Under the pieces are notes generated by a model that was not told where the DNA came from, did no database searches, and worked only from the letters and a program-made list of their open reading frames with translations. From Anaerolineae bacterium (lineage in GTDB: Bacteria > Chloroflexota > Anaerolineae > Anaerolineales > RBG-16-64-43), in assembly GCA_003141675.1 (NCBI GenBank), contig PLND01000031.1, positions 1 to 29,882 of the forward strand: DNA of 29,882 nt, in the 5' to 3' direction. The position numbers were made by a program, and so were the translations under genes. Shown one piece after another: positions 17,630 to 26,610 of the stretch; within the stretch, counting starts at the first letter, position 1, and every line of letters begins with the position of its first letter.

Positions 17630-17908
17630 ATGGCAACTTATCTCCTGTTCGGTAAATACTCCCAGGACGCGCTCTCAAAAATCAGCGCCAAGCGCACGGC
17701 GGGCGCCGCCGCATTAATAAAAAAGCATGGCGGCGAGCTCAAGGCCGGATACGCGCTGTTGGGCGATGTGGACATCGTCCTCGTGGCCGACTTTCCAGAC
17801 ACCGAAACCGCGATGAGGGTCTCGATCGCATTATCCAAGCAGCTGGGGATCGGATTCCGCACCGCTCCCGCTGTTAGCGTGGATGCCTTCGACAGGCTGA
17901 TGACCTGA
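17630..17908 (+). CDS. GYD domain protein (92 aa)
   Basis: MATYLLFGKYSQDALSKIS...GYALLGDVDIVLVADFPDTETAMRVS is the GYD family signature. GGAAAGGA lies upstream of the ATG at 17630. Confidence 0.75.
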   Translation: MATYLLFGKYSQDALSKISAKRTAGAAALIKKHGGELKAGYALLGDVDIVLVADFPDTETAMRVSIALSKQLGIGFRTAPAVSVDAFDRLMT

Positions 17909-18150
17909 GCGGTCGCGTCGCTTTGCCGGTATGGGTCCTTCCTTTAACACGACCCATCGCTGCCGGCCAATCACTTCCGTTCTATTGTTTAGTTATTTTC
18001 GCCAGCTTTTAACTGAAGCCTCCGATTGCTACCTTCCCGCAATTTCATGCAATGAGGGTGCGGGAGGATTTACCTGAAGGAATCGATAAAGGATTCGGAA
18101 AGGAAGCGATTCTTCTTTCCGAAAAGATCGGGATCCCTGCAGGAACTATT

Positions 18151-19005
18151 ATGAGAAAACATTGGACATTGAATTTCAATCAAAATTCCCAAAAGTTCCT
18201 AGCCGTGTTGCTCTGCATCATGCTGGTCCTTCTGATCGGCGTGATCGATTATCAAACGGGGTACGAGCTCGCCTTCTCGCTGTTTTACCTGATCCCCATC
18301 TGCCTGGCCACGTGGGTTTCAGGCCGGGACGTGGGACTGCTTGTCTCCATCCTCAGCGCCTGCGCGTGGTATGTGGCGGACGTATTATCCGGGCATGTCT
18401 ATTCCTCATCGCTGATCTACCTTTGGAATACCGGAATCCGGCTGGGATTCTTCGCCGTCGTGACGTATCTTCTCGCCGCTTTGCGCTTGGCTTTGGATCA
18501 TGAACGGAATCTTTCGCGGACGGATCCCCTGACGGGAGCCGCCAATACCCGCGCCTTTCTAGAGATGATCCAATCGGAAATCAACCGCTACGAAAGATAC
18601 AAGCACCCTTTTACGGTCGTATACATTGACCTAGACAATTTCAAGACCGTGAACGACCGCTACGGGCACATGGTTGGGGATAAAGTCCTGCACACAATCG
18701 TCACTGAAATCCGGAAGCGGTTGAGGAAAACGGATTCCATTAGCCGTCTGGGAGGAGACGAATTCGGATTGTTCCTGCCGGAAACGGGGCAAGATGCGGC
18801 CCAGGTGGTTATGAAAAAAATCCGCGCCGGAATTATCGATGCGATGCAGTTGAGGAAATTGCCGGTGACCGCCAGTCTGGGGGTCGTCACTTGCGAAGAG
18901 ACTCCGAAATCAGCGGAAATACTGATCAAGATGGCCGACGATTTAATGTACACGATTAAGAACCACGGCAAGGATGGAATCGGATATTCCATCTACGAAG
19001 GGTGA
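18151..19005 (+). CDS. Membrane-anchored diguanylate cyclase (GGDEF) with an RxxD I-site
   Basis: Four N-terminal TM helices, then RKTDSISRLGGDEFGL: the I-site RKTD lies 5 residues before GGDEF. AGGAAC RBS before the ATG at 18151; the longer ORF from 18052 has no RBS. Confidence 0.85.
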   Translation: MRKHWTLNFNQNSQKFLAVLLCIMLVLLIGVIDYQTGYELAFSLFYLIPICLATWVSGRDVGLLVSILSACAWYVADVLSGHVYSSSLIYLWNTGIRLGFFAVVTYLLAALRLALDHERNLSRTDPLTGAANTRAFLEMIQSEINRYERYKHPFTVVYIDLDNFKTVNDRYGHMVGDKVLHTIVTEIRKRLRKTDSISRLGGDEFGLFLPETGQDAAQVVMKKIRAGIIDAMQLRKLPVTASLGVVTCEETPKSAEILIKMADDLMYTIKNHGKDGIGYSIYEG

Positions 19006-19198
19006 GTGCGATCTGTGTCCCCGTATTCATCCGAAGAGAGTGAAACGATTATCCTCGGCCAAATGCGGTTTTCCGGACGCGAATCTAAATATTTGACGGT
19101 AAAAACCTACCGTTGGTCGTTTTCCACGAGTCCAGCAGGGTTTCCAAGGTTGTTGCCTGACAAGGTTCATAATAAAATGGGCGCGCAATCCGCGCTGA

Positions 19199-20152
19199 AT
19201 GCGTCAGGAGCCTGACGACAGGATGTTTATTAAACAACGAATTGATGGAACGATCCGGCTAAGCCGATACCGGGAATTCATGTGGTTCGTGATCATCACC
19301 ACATTTCTTGGGGCCGCCTCCTCCGGAGGAGTTTTCGGTGTCCGGTTGGTGACGGCGCTGGTGGCCAACTGGCTGGCCGTGGCGTTCATCTTTATGATCA
19401 ATGACGTGGAGGACGCGCAGGACGACGCTCTCTCGCCCCACAAGGCGATCCGCAACCCGGTCGCATCCGGAATGCTTTCGCATCGGAGCGGATGGTGGGC
19501 ATCGGTGCTGGTCGCCGTTCTCTCGGGTCTGCTCTTCCTTTTCCTGGGGTTCGGATCCGTTTTTTGGGGATGGACCAGCCTGTTGCTGGGGTACCTTTAT
19601 TCGTGGAAAAAAATCCGGCTGAAGAATTTGCCGCTGCTGGACGTGCTCTCTCATTCCATGATGCTTGCCGGTTGCCAGTTTCTGACGGCTTTCTTCGCTT
19701 TCTCCCCCGGATTGCACTGGTGGTGGCCGGTTGTGTTTTGCATGCCGATCTCTATTTCCATGTATGGCGAACTGTTCAACGAACTGCGGGATTACCATAA
19801 AGATCGCGAAGCGGGATTGAATCACACCGCGCTCCTACTCGGTTACGAGCGGACCATGGTGATCATGCACGTCCTGCTGGGAGTTGGGATCGCCTCCACT
19901 ATTTTCACCCTGCTGGTCATTGGCATCGTGCCCTTCTGGGTGTTGATGATCACACTCGCCCTGTTGATCTGTCTGATGATTCCTGCCATTCTCCGCATCG
20001 CCAGCGGGGTTCGGGATACCATCGGCATCCATACCCCGCTGCAAAAGCCGTTCGAGATTTCCTTTGCGCTCAGCCTCTCGGTTTGGTATTTGATCCCATG
20101 GATCAGCGCGAGAATCAGTATGTGGATCCCGCACTGGCTCTTCGGCTATTGA
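19199..20152 (+). CDS. UbiA-family aromatic/isoprenoid prenyltransferase (membrane)
   Basis: NDVEDAQDD (the NDxxDxxxD motif), YSWKKIRLKNLPLLD, and 8-9 TM helices. An alternative start is the ATG at 19223. Confidence 0.8.
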   Translation: MRQEPDDRMFIKQRIDGTIRLSRYREFMWFVIITTFLGAASSGGVFGVRLVTALVANWLAVAFIFMINDVEDAQDDALSPHKAIRNPVASGMLSHRSGWWASVLVAVLSGLLFLFLGFGSVFWGWTSLLLGYLYSWKKIRLKNLPLLDVLSHSMMLAGCQFLTAFFAFSPGLHWWWPVVFCMPISISMYGELFNELRDYHKDREAGLNHTALLLGYERTMVIMHVLLGVGIASTIFTLLVIGIVPFWVLMITLALLICLMIPAILRIASGVRDTIGIHTPLQKPFEISFALSLSVWYLIPWISARISMWIPHWLFGY

Positions 20153-20203
20153 CCACGAAGAGATAATCAACGGCTAGATTTTGTTATAATTGCCTCTGGA
20201 AAC

Positions 20204-20277
20204 GGGCGCATAGCTCAGTCGGTTAGAGCGCTTCACTCACATTGAAGAGGTCGGGGGTTCGAGTCCCTTTGCGCCCA
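20204..20277 (+). tRNA. tRNA-Val (anticodon CAC)
   Basis: A hand-folded cloverleaf: acceptor GGGCGCA/UGCGCCC, anticodon stem CUUCA/UGAAG, loop CUCACAU, T-loop UUCGAGU, discriminator A. No encoded CCA. Confidence 0.85.
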
Positions 20278-20528
20278 CTCGGCAACCTTCCCCAATAACC
20301 CGGGTTGTTTTCCCTTTCGTCTGAGCGCATTTCCATGCTGTCGAGATCCTGATGGCACCTCGGGATTTTCGGCAATCGCTCCGCGGAAACAACCGACGCC
20401 GCACCCCTCCGATACGACCCTGGATAAAATGAGTCTCTCAAATTAATAACTAGTTCACGGAATCCATCACCGGCGGATCAAACTTTAAATCCTTTTCACC
20501 GTATATCTTTTTTGGAAAGGAGTCGCCT

Positions 20529-22673
20529 ATGGAACTCATGGTGATTGTACTCGTTTGCGGCGGCCTGTTTGTCGCCGTGTTTCTGCTGCCCTGGTTGCTC
20601 GGAGTCCGGTATATCCCCAACAACCGCGTGGGGATCGTCGAGAAATACTGGTCTCTCCGGGGATCGCTCAAGGGAGGCGGGATCATCGCGCTAAAAGATG
20701 AGGCGGGGTTCCAGGCCGACATTCTGCGCGGCGGTTTGCACTTCGGGTTTTTTCCCTGGCAGTTCCGGGTGCACATCGAGCCCCTGGTGGTGATCGCCGA
20801 AAGCAAGATCGGGTACATGTATGCGCGGGACGGTTCGCCGCTTCCGCCGACACAGACCCTCGGTGGAGTGATCCAAAACAATTCCTTCCAGGACGCCCGC
20901 GCATTCCTCACTAACGGCGGTCAGCGCGGCCGCCAGCGCGCGTTCCTGCGCGAAGGATTGTACGCGCTCAACCTCGCGCTGTTCATCGTAATAACCGAAG
21001 ACGGCGTCTACTCTGGCCCGATCCACGAGAGCGATGGAAAGAAATACGGCGATTGGCAGGCCCAACTCCTGGCGATCGACGGATTCAGCCCGGCGGTCAT
21101 CGGTTTCGGCGGGCAGACGTTCGCCGGCAAGACCGACGTTCTCGCGGGCGGGGTGGAAGTAACGCTCACGCCAACCGATACAATCGGGATCGTCACCGTC
21201 CACGACGGACCGCCGATCGAATCCGGGGAGATCATCGCGCCGGGAGTGAAGGGTGCCGATGAAGACCATCACTACTTCCAAGACCCGGAGGCGTTCCTGC
21301 GCCTGGGTGGGCGGCGGGGTAAGCAACTCCAGGTGCTCACCGACGGCACCTTCTTCATCAACCGATGGTTTGCCACAGTGGAGATCAAACCCAAGACGAT
21401 GATACCGATCGGGTACGTCGGCGTGGTGGTCTCCTATTACGGCGCCAAGGGCGAGGATGTGACCGGTTCCGGATTCCGCTATGGCGAGCAGGTGGAGCAC
21501 GGCCAACGCGGGGTTTGGAAGCGCGCGCTCCCGCCGGGAAAATACCCGCTCAACTTGTACGCTCTCAAGGTGGAACTGGTTCCGACCGTGAACTTTGTCC
21601 TGCGGCGGATCACCGGAATTTCCGAGGCGCACCAATACGACAAAGACCTGACCTCGATCGAGCTGATCACCGCCGACGGGTATGAGCCGGTGCTGCCGCT
21701 TTCGCTGGTGCTGCACATCGACTACGAGAAGGCGCCCTCGGTGATCCAGCGATTCGGCGACGTCCGGCGGCTCATCAACCAGACGCTCGACCCGATTCTT
21801 TCGGCGTACTTCCGCAACGTGGCGCAATCCTCGACCATGCTGGATCTGCTGCTTAAGCGCGAGGAGATCCAGCGCCGGGCGACGCAGGAACTCGGGCGGC
21901 GGTTTGCCGAGTACGACATCAACTGCATTGCGGTAATGATCGGCCGGCCGGAAAGCAAATACAAGGCGGAGCAGGCCGCGCAGGATCCGATCGAGCGGTT
22001 GTTCGATCAGTTGCGGATGCGCCGATTTGCCGAAGAACAGAAGGCCACCTTCCAAAAGCAGGAAGAGGCCGCCGTGCAGCTCAAGGAGTTGAACAACGCC
22101 CAGGCCGCGGCCGCCAAACAGACCGAGCTCACCCAAACGCACATTGATATCGAGATCAGCGCCAACCGCGGCGAGGCGCAGCTGGCCGAGGCTCAGCGGC
22201 TGGCCAAGCGCGATGTCGCCCGCGCGTTCGGCGAGAGCCGCTCCAAGGATCTGATGGGCAAAGGCGAGGCGGCCCGCGTGGCGCAGGTCGGTTTGGCTGA
22301 GGCGGCGGTCTTCCTGCAGAAGATCCGCGCCTACGGAGATCCGCGCCTCTTCGCGCTGAACCTGGCGGGGGACCAATTCTCCAAGAGTGCGCAGCCGCTC
22401 GTTCCACAGCGCCTGCTGGTTATGGGGGCGGGGGGCGGGAAGGAAACGACCGACCTGAGCAACTCGAGCGTGCTCGGGCAACTGCTGGCGATGCTCCTGG
22501 CCGAAAAGGCCGGCGTGGGCATGGGCGCGGCGGACGCGCGCGAGTTCGAAAAGTTCGCCGATGACATGAACAAGCGGTTTACCCAACCGCTGCAGGAAGA
22601 AGCCGTGACCACGGCGGCGGATCAGGGGCTGCAGAGTCAGATGGACGAAAAGCCGGTACAATCGAAGATATGA
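20529..22673 (+). CDS. Flotillin/YqiK-like SPFH (band-7) membrane protein, 714 aa, with an expanded N-terminal beta-rich region and a C-terminal Ala/Glu-rich coiled coil
   Basis: N-terminal TM, an SPFH-like segment, and two similar beta-rich blocks (...PGKYPLNLYALKV...). A long AEAQ/AEAA-repeat coiled coil and a Gly-rich tail resemble YqiK/FloT. GGAAAGGAG RBS. Confidence 0.75.
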   Translation: MELMVIVLVCGGLFVAVFLLPWLLGVRYIPNNRVGIVEKYWSLRGSLKGGGIIALKDEAGFQADILRGGLHFGFFPWQFRVHIEPLVVIAESKIGYMYARDGSPLPPTQTLGGVIQNNSFQDARAFLTNGGQRGRQRAFLREGLYALNLALFIVITEDGVYSGPIHESDGKKYGDWQAQLLAIDGFSPAVIGFGGQTFAGKTDVLAGGVEVTLTPTDTIGIVTVHDGPPIESGEIIAPGVKGADEDHHYFQDPEAFLRLGGRRGKQLQVLTDGTFFINRWFATVEIKPKTMIPIGYVGVVVSYYGAKGEDVTGSGFRYGEQVEHGQRGVWKRALPPGKYPLNLYALKVELVPTVNFVLRRITGISEAHQYDKDLTSIELITADGYEPVLPLSLVLHIDYEKAPSVIQRFGDVRRLINQTLDPILSAYFRNVAQSSTMLDLLLKREEIQRRATQELGRRFAEYDINCIAVMIGRPESKYKAEQAAQDPIERLFDQLRMRRFAEEQKATFQKQEEAAVQLKELNNAQAAAAKQTELTQTHIDIEISANRGEAQLAEAQRLAKRDVARAFGESRSKDLMGKGEAARVAQVGLAEAAVFLQKIRAYGDPRLFALNLAGDQFSKSAQPLVPQRLLVMGAGGGKETTDLSNSSVLGQLLAMLLAEKAGVGMGAADAREFEKFADDMNKRFTQPLQEEAVTTAADQGLQSQMDEKPVQSKI

Positions 22674-23791
22674 GGATCATCCGGCTGGATCCGGAAAATA
22701 AAAGACAGGTCGGGGAGTTCCTCGATCTGCCTTTTTTTCTATATCGGGACTGCCCACAATGGGTGCCGCCGCTGGCATCCGACGCCCGGGCGATGTTGGA
22801 AAGGCGGCGGCATCCTTTTTATCGCCACTCGGATGCGGCGTTCTTCCTGGCATATGACGCTTCCGGACGGTCTGCGGGGAGAATCGCGGCGCTCGATAAC
22901 CGGCATTACAACGAATTCAACGCGGAACACTCGGCCTTCTTTTATCTTTTCGAATGCGAAAACGATTCCGCCACTGCGCATGCGCTTTTCGAAGCGGCCG
23001 GTGATTGGGCGCAGGCGCGAACGCTGAACCGCCTGATTGGCCCCAAAGGATTCACCTCCCTCGACGGGATGGGATTACTCGTGAGCGGTTTTCATCACCG
23101 GCCGGCGCTTGGAATCCCGTACAACCCGGAGTACTACCAAAGGTTGGTGGAAGAATCCGGATTTCAAGTATCGGGCGAAATCGTATCCGGGTATCTGAGC
23201 GGGGATGCGCACCTGCCGGAAAAAATCCATCGGATTGCGGCAATCGTGGAACGGACCCGCGGCTTGCGCGTGCTTTCGTTCCGCTCGCGCGGCGAGCTGG
23301 CGGCGGTGGTTCCGAGGTTGCAGAAACTCTATAATGATTCGCTTACCGGAACAACCGGCAATACCCCGCTGACCGACGACGAAGCCCGCACGATGGCGAA
23401 CCAGATGTTGTGGTTTGCCGATCCACACCTGATCAAGATCATCGTCAAGGGGGAAGAGCTGGTCGGTTTCCTGTTTGCGTATCCGGACATTTCCGCCGCG
23501 CTGCAGCGCACCCGCGGGCGCCTGTTTCCCCTGGGATGGATTGATCTGCTGCTCGAACTCCGGCGCACCAAGTGGGTGAACATCAACGGCGCGGGAATCA
23601 CGGAAAAATATCGCGGTCTCGGCGGCACGGCCATCCTCTTCGACGAAATGGAAAAAAGCATCCGCGCCGGCGGGTTCGAACATGCCGACCTCGTGCAAGT
23701 GGGTGTGGAGAACGACAAGATGCAGCGGGAACTGCGCGATATGGGGATTGAGTTTTATAAAATGCACCGTATGTATGGAAAAGATTTGTGA
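22670..23791 (+). CDS. GNAT-fold / FemAB-like acyltransferase-superfamily protein (tentative), translationally coupled to the flotillin-like gene
   Basis: ATGA overlap at 22670-22673. A 373-aa soluble protein with two acyl-CoA N-acyltransferase-like halves. The assignment comes from fold resemblance only. Confidence 0.5.
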   Translation: MRIIRLDPENKRQVGEFLDLPFFLYRDCPQWVPPLASDARAMLERRRHPFYRHSDAAFFLAYDASGRSAGRIAALDNRHYNEFNAEHSAFFYLFECENDSATAHALFEAAGDWAQARTLNRLIGPKGFTSLDGMGLLVSGFHHRPALGIPYNPEYYQRLVEESGFQVSGEIVSGYLSGDAHLPEKIHRIAAIVERTRGLRVLSFRSRGELAAVVPRLQKLYNDSLTGTTGNTPLTDDEARTMANQMLWFADPHLIKIIVKGEELVGFLFAYPDISAALQRTRGRLFPLGWIDLLLELRRTKWVNINGAGITEKYRGLGGTAILFDEMEKSIRAGGFEHADLVQVGVENDKMQRELRDMGIEFYKMHRMYGKDL

Positions 23792-23809
23792 TTTGAATAT
23801 TAACTCGTG

Positions 23810-23851
23810 ACCATAGACCATAGACAATGGACCGTGGACTATAGTCGATGG
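23810..23851. repeat. Heptanucleotide tandem array, six (R)GACCAT-like units (ACCATAG ACCATAG ACAATGG ACCGTGG ACTATAG TCGATGG)
   Basis: Read directly. It fills the convergent gap between the stop at 23791 and the stop at 23852, and has imperfect dyad symmetry. Confidence 0.8.
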
Positions 23852-24550
23852 TCAAACAGCTTCAATTTCGTCGCGCCCCTCCAAAGAATCCAAAAGTTTG
23901 CCGTCGATCTCCGCCAGCGAATCGAGAATCGAATCGGCCGCGCCATAGCGCGGGTCTCCGCGCAATTCGGGGAGGGGAACGGCGAGGCATTTCATTCCAG
24001 CGGCTTTGGCTGAGGTCACGCCGGCGATCGAATCCTCGATCGCCAGGCAATGTTCCGGCGCGAGACCCAACTTGGCAGCGGCGGTCAGGTATATATCGGG
24101 ATACGGTTTGCCGCGCGCCTCGTTTTCCGCCGAGCAGATCGCTTCGAAGGAAGCCCGGATTTGCAGACGGTCCACGACCGTATCGATGAGGAATTCGGCG
24201 GAGGAGGACGCCAGCGCGAGCCGAAGATGCCTCGTTTGAAACAGGCGGATGGTTTCGTACAAGCCCGGCATTGGCACACCGCGATCGCGGATCCGCCCGA
24301 TCACTCCCTGTAAAATATCCCCAGCCAGTTCCTCCGTCGACGGACCCTTCCAGGGTTTGCGCGTATACCAAAACCGGGTCACTTCTTGAATGCGCATGCC
24401 GGTGGTGAGCATGCATTCCTCTTCGGTCAGGAGGAGCCCGCAGCCCGCGAGAATTTCGATTTCCGATTCGCGCCAAAAAGGTTCGGAGTCGATCAGCACT
24501 CCGTCCACATCAAAAATCACTGCTTGGATGGATTTATTAAGGGAAGCCAT
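23852..24550 (-). CDS. HAD-superfamily hydrolase, subfamily IA (beta-phosphoglucomutase-like phosphatase)
   Basis: The motif I sequence is AVIFDVDGVLIDSEP. K and DD motifs are present (GKPYPDIY, AIEDSIAGV). Confidence 0.85.
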   Translation of the reverse strand: MASLNKSIQAVIFDVDGVLIDSEPFWRESEIEILAGCGLLLTEEECMLTTGMRIQEVTRFWYTRKPWKGPSTEELAGDILQGVIGRIRDRGVPMPGLYETIRLFQTRHLRLALASSSAEFLIDTVVDRLQIRASFEAICSAENEARGKPYPDIYLTAAAKLGLAPEHCLAIEDSIAGVTSAKAAGMKCLAVPLPELRGDPRYGAADSILDSLAEIDGKLLDSLEGRDEIEAV

Positions 24551-24744
24551 GGGTTTGATTTTAGGAATTGCGGATTGAGGTCAGGAAATTGAGATGCCGG
24601 TGGATAGGATGGACCCGGAGGAAAAGTAGAATCCATGCTGCTCGGGGAAGTCCGATAATTCCTAATGGTAAATCCATTTTGAGAGTATCGTCGGCTTTTT
24701 GAAAAATCCTGAGAAAAAGCTTTTGGTGAAACCATCATCTCAAG

Positions 24745-24793
24745 AGATGGGAAAACCAAACAACTGGCGCATGTGAGTGCGCCAGTTGTTTGG
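24745..24793 (-). terminator. Intrinsic terminator downstream of the cupin gene
   Basis: 16-bp perfect stem CCAAACAACTGGCGCA / TGCGCCAGTTGTTTGG with loop TGTGAG. On the minus strand it is followed by UUUUCCCAU. Confidence 0.45.
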
Positions 24794-24814
24794 GAAGAAA
24801 CGCACGGTTATTGC

Positions 24815-25207
24815 CTACCGATGGTGTTCCTGTTTCTCTGCGGAATCCGCTTCGGCTTTGGTTTTGTGAACCGTTCCGGCCGGATGGTTCGGAGGCGAAT
24901 ACACGGTATACAGCTTCAACTGGCGGGTCTTGGAAGTGTTAATCACATTGTGGTAGGTTCCGGCGGGAACGATCGCCGCGTCGTTGGCGCGCACCGTATG
25001 TTCTTCCGATCCGTTGAGGACAAATTTCGCATCCCCTTGTTCGATCCGGAAAAACTGATCGACCTTCTCATGCACCTCATTGCCGATTTCCTCGCCCGGC
25101 TGTAGGCACATAAGGACCAGCTGGCAATACTTCCCGGTAAACACCACCTGCCGGAAATAGTCGTTCTTGACAGTCTGTTCTTCGATTGGTCCGAAAAAGC
25201 CTGTCAT
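24815..25207 (-). CDS. Cupin-domain protein (130 aa)
   Basis: AAAGGAGG SD 8 nt upstream of the ATG at 25207. A conserved cupin beta-barrel with motif G(X)5HXH-like region (GEEIGNEVHEKVDQFFRIEQG). The ORF-track N-terminal extension to 25324 lacks an RBS. Confidence 0.7.
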   Translation of the reverse strand: MTGFFGPIEEQTVKNDYFRQVVFTGKYCQLVLMCLQPGEEIGNEVHEKVDQFFRIEQGDAKFVLNGSEEHTVRANDAAIVPAGTYHNVINTSKTRQLKLYTVYSPPNHPAGTVHKTKAEADSAEKQEHHR

Positions 25208-25356
25208 GGGTGGACCTCCTTTTTTTGATACATTGGAATAACCGGAATTGTTGAAATGGATCACGGATGGTGCAGATGATTCTACCCGATTCCGTTCTAT
25301 CCAAGAGGGAGAGGTATCAATCATCTTTTTGGTTATTGGACTGCGTGGTCCGATTT

Positions 25357-25384
25357 TTGACCTGCCGGATAGGTTATGTATAAT
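25357..25384 (+). promoter_or_regulatory. Strong sigma70-type promoter: TTGACC, 16-nt spacer, TATAAT
   Basis: The -35 is at 25357-25362 and the -10 at 25379-25384, about 45 nt upstream of the lipoprotein ATG at 25430. Confidence 0.55.
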
Positions 25385-25429
25385 GACCTATGAGGAATGT
25401 AAAAAATCTCGGTCGATAGGACAATCCGT

Positions 25430-26320
25430 ATGCCCGGACGAGATTCAAAACGAAGAATAATATTCTGTTTCACGATCCTATTGATTCCTTGGCTGGCAGG
25501 CTGTGCGACCGCATCCGTTGAACAACCCACCGTCACCGCCAGCCTCACTCCGACGCGGTCCCCAGTGGCAACGACAGCTCAACCGACGGCCACAAAAACG
25601 CAAACCCTTACGCCTTCACCGACGAGGAAATGGCCGCTGACAATAGTTTTTTATGGCGATAGTCTATTAAAGATCGGCGAGGTGGGCCGGGAGGGGAAAT
25701 CGGGTTTTTCCTTCGTGGACAATTTGCGGTCCATGCTTGAGCCGACCCACATGTTGATCACAGCCAACTATGGAGGGCGGGGGGCCAAATGGGGGTATGA
25801 AAACTGGGAGCAGGACGTCCTCCCGTACCATCCCGATATTGTCACTCTCTGGTGGAGTTTTAACGACCTTCAAGGATGCGGCGGTTTCTTCGACGAACAG
25901 ACGGACGCGCTCGTCCAATATAAATTGCAGGGACGAATCGACGAGAATATCCGCTATCTGCAGATGCAGATCGACGCTTTGCTGGATAAAAAGATCGCCG
26001 TCTATGTACTGACCGCCATGCCGATCACCGGCTACCTTCCCTGGTCCCATCTCGATTCAAACCTGAAGGTGATCTGGGATTATTCCCACCGCTGCGATTA
26101 CAACCTTGGACTAAAGCAACTGGCGGATGCCCAAAGGGTGTTGGTGTCCACCCATGAAGGTCAAAACATCTTTTTGGTCGATGCCTGGCAGATTTATATG
26201 GATCATCGGACGGATTACGATATGTACGTAGACATCATGCATCCCGGCACAAAAGGAGCGCAACTGCTTGCCGGCGGCTGGCTTAAGGTTTTTCGGGAAG
26301 AGTATCTCCCTTCAGCGTGA
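25430..26320 (+). CDS. Secreted SGNH/GDSL-family hydrolase lipoprotein
   Basis: Signal peptide with a lipobox LLIPWLAGC. A Thr/Pro-rich linker, GDS motif FYGDSL, and C-terminal DIMHP (DxxH). Confidence 0.8.
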   Translation: MPGRDSKRRIIFCFTILLIPWLAGCATASVEQPTVTASLTPTRSPVATTAQPTATKTQTLTPSPTRKWPLTIVFYGDSLLKIGEVGREGKSGFSFVDNLRSMLEPTHMLITANYGGRGAKWGYENWEQDVLPYHPDIVTLWWSFNDLQGCGGFFDEQTDALVQYKLQGRIDENIRYLQMQIDALLDKKIAVYVLTAMPITGYLPWSHLDSNLKVIWDYSHRCDYNLGLKQLADAQRVLVSTHEGQNIFLVDAWQIYMDHRTDYDMYVDIMHPGTKGAQLLAGGWLKVFREEYLPSA

Positions 26321-26493
26321 AGATTGGAGGTAAGCGGGAGCGTTGACGATCGATCAGCGACCTTGGACCATGGCTAACAAATTATCCTCGATGGTTTATC
26401 TCCAAAAGAACGTGGATTTCACCGGAGCGTGATTTCCCACAATATCTGATGAGCAAGAAAGGGGGAATGCCGAAAATGCCAGGTTAAAAATAG

Positions 26494-26528
26494 ATGGCCA
26501 TGGTCAATGGTCCATTGTCCATGGTCGG
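26494..26528. repeat. Heptanucleotide tandem array (ATGGCCA TGGTCAA TGGTCCA TTGTCCA TGGTCGG). It is the reverse-complement orientation of the 23810 array; the consensus is GGACCAT
   Basis: Read directly. It lies immediately 3' of tRNA-Met on the minus strand and is followed on that strand by a U-rich stretch. Confidence 0.8.
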
Positions 26529-26538
26529 TTTTACAGAG

Positions 26539-26610
26539 TGGCGAGGGTGAGACTTGAACTCACATCCAAGGGCTTATGAATCCCCTGCTCCACCATTGAG
26601 CTACCTCGCC
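26539..26610 (-). tRNA. tRNA with CAU anticodon (elongator Met or Ile2/lysidine)
   Basis: Cloverleaf: GGCGAGG acceptor with G1-C72, so not an initiator. D-arm GCUC/GAGC, anticodon loop UUCAUAA, T-arm GUGAG-UUCAAGU-CUCAC, discriminator A. Confidence 0.8.

Noticed and set aside
20691-22661. 656-aa ORF antisense to the flotillin-like gene
   Set aside because: The sense frame has recognisable SPFH/flotillin features, an RBS, and coupling to the downstream gene. The antisense product is Arg/Leu/Gly-rich and motif-free.
23075-23827. 250-aa antisense ORF within the GNAT-like gene
   Set aside because: Same reasoning: no RBS, and a compositionally biased translation.
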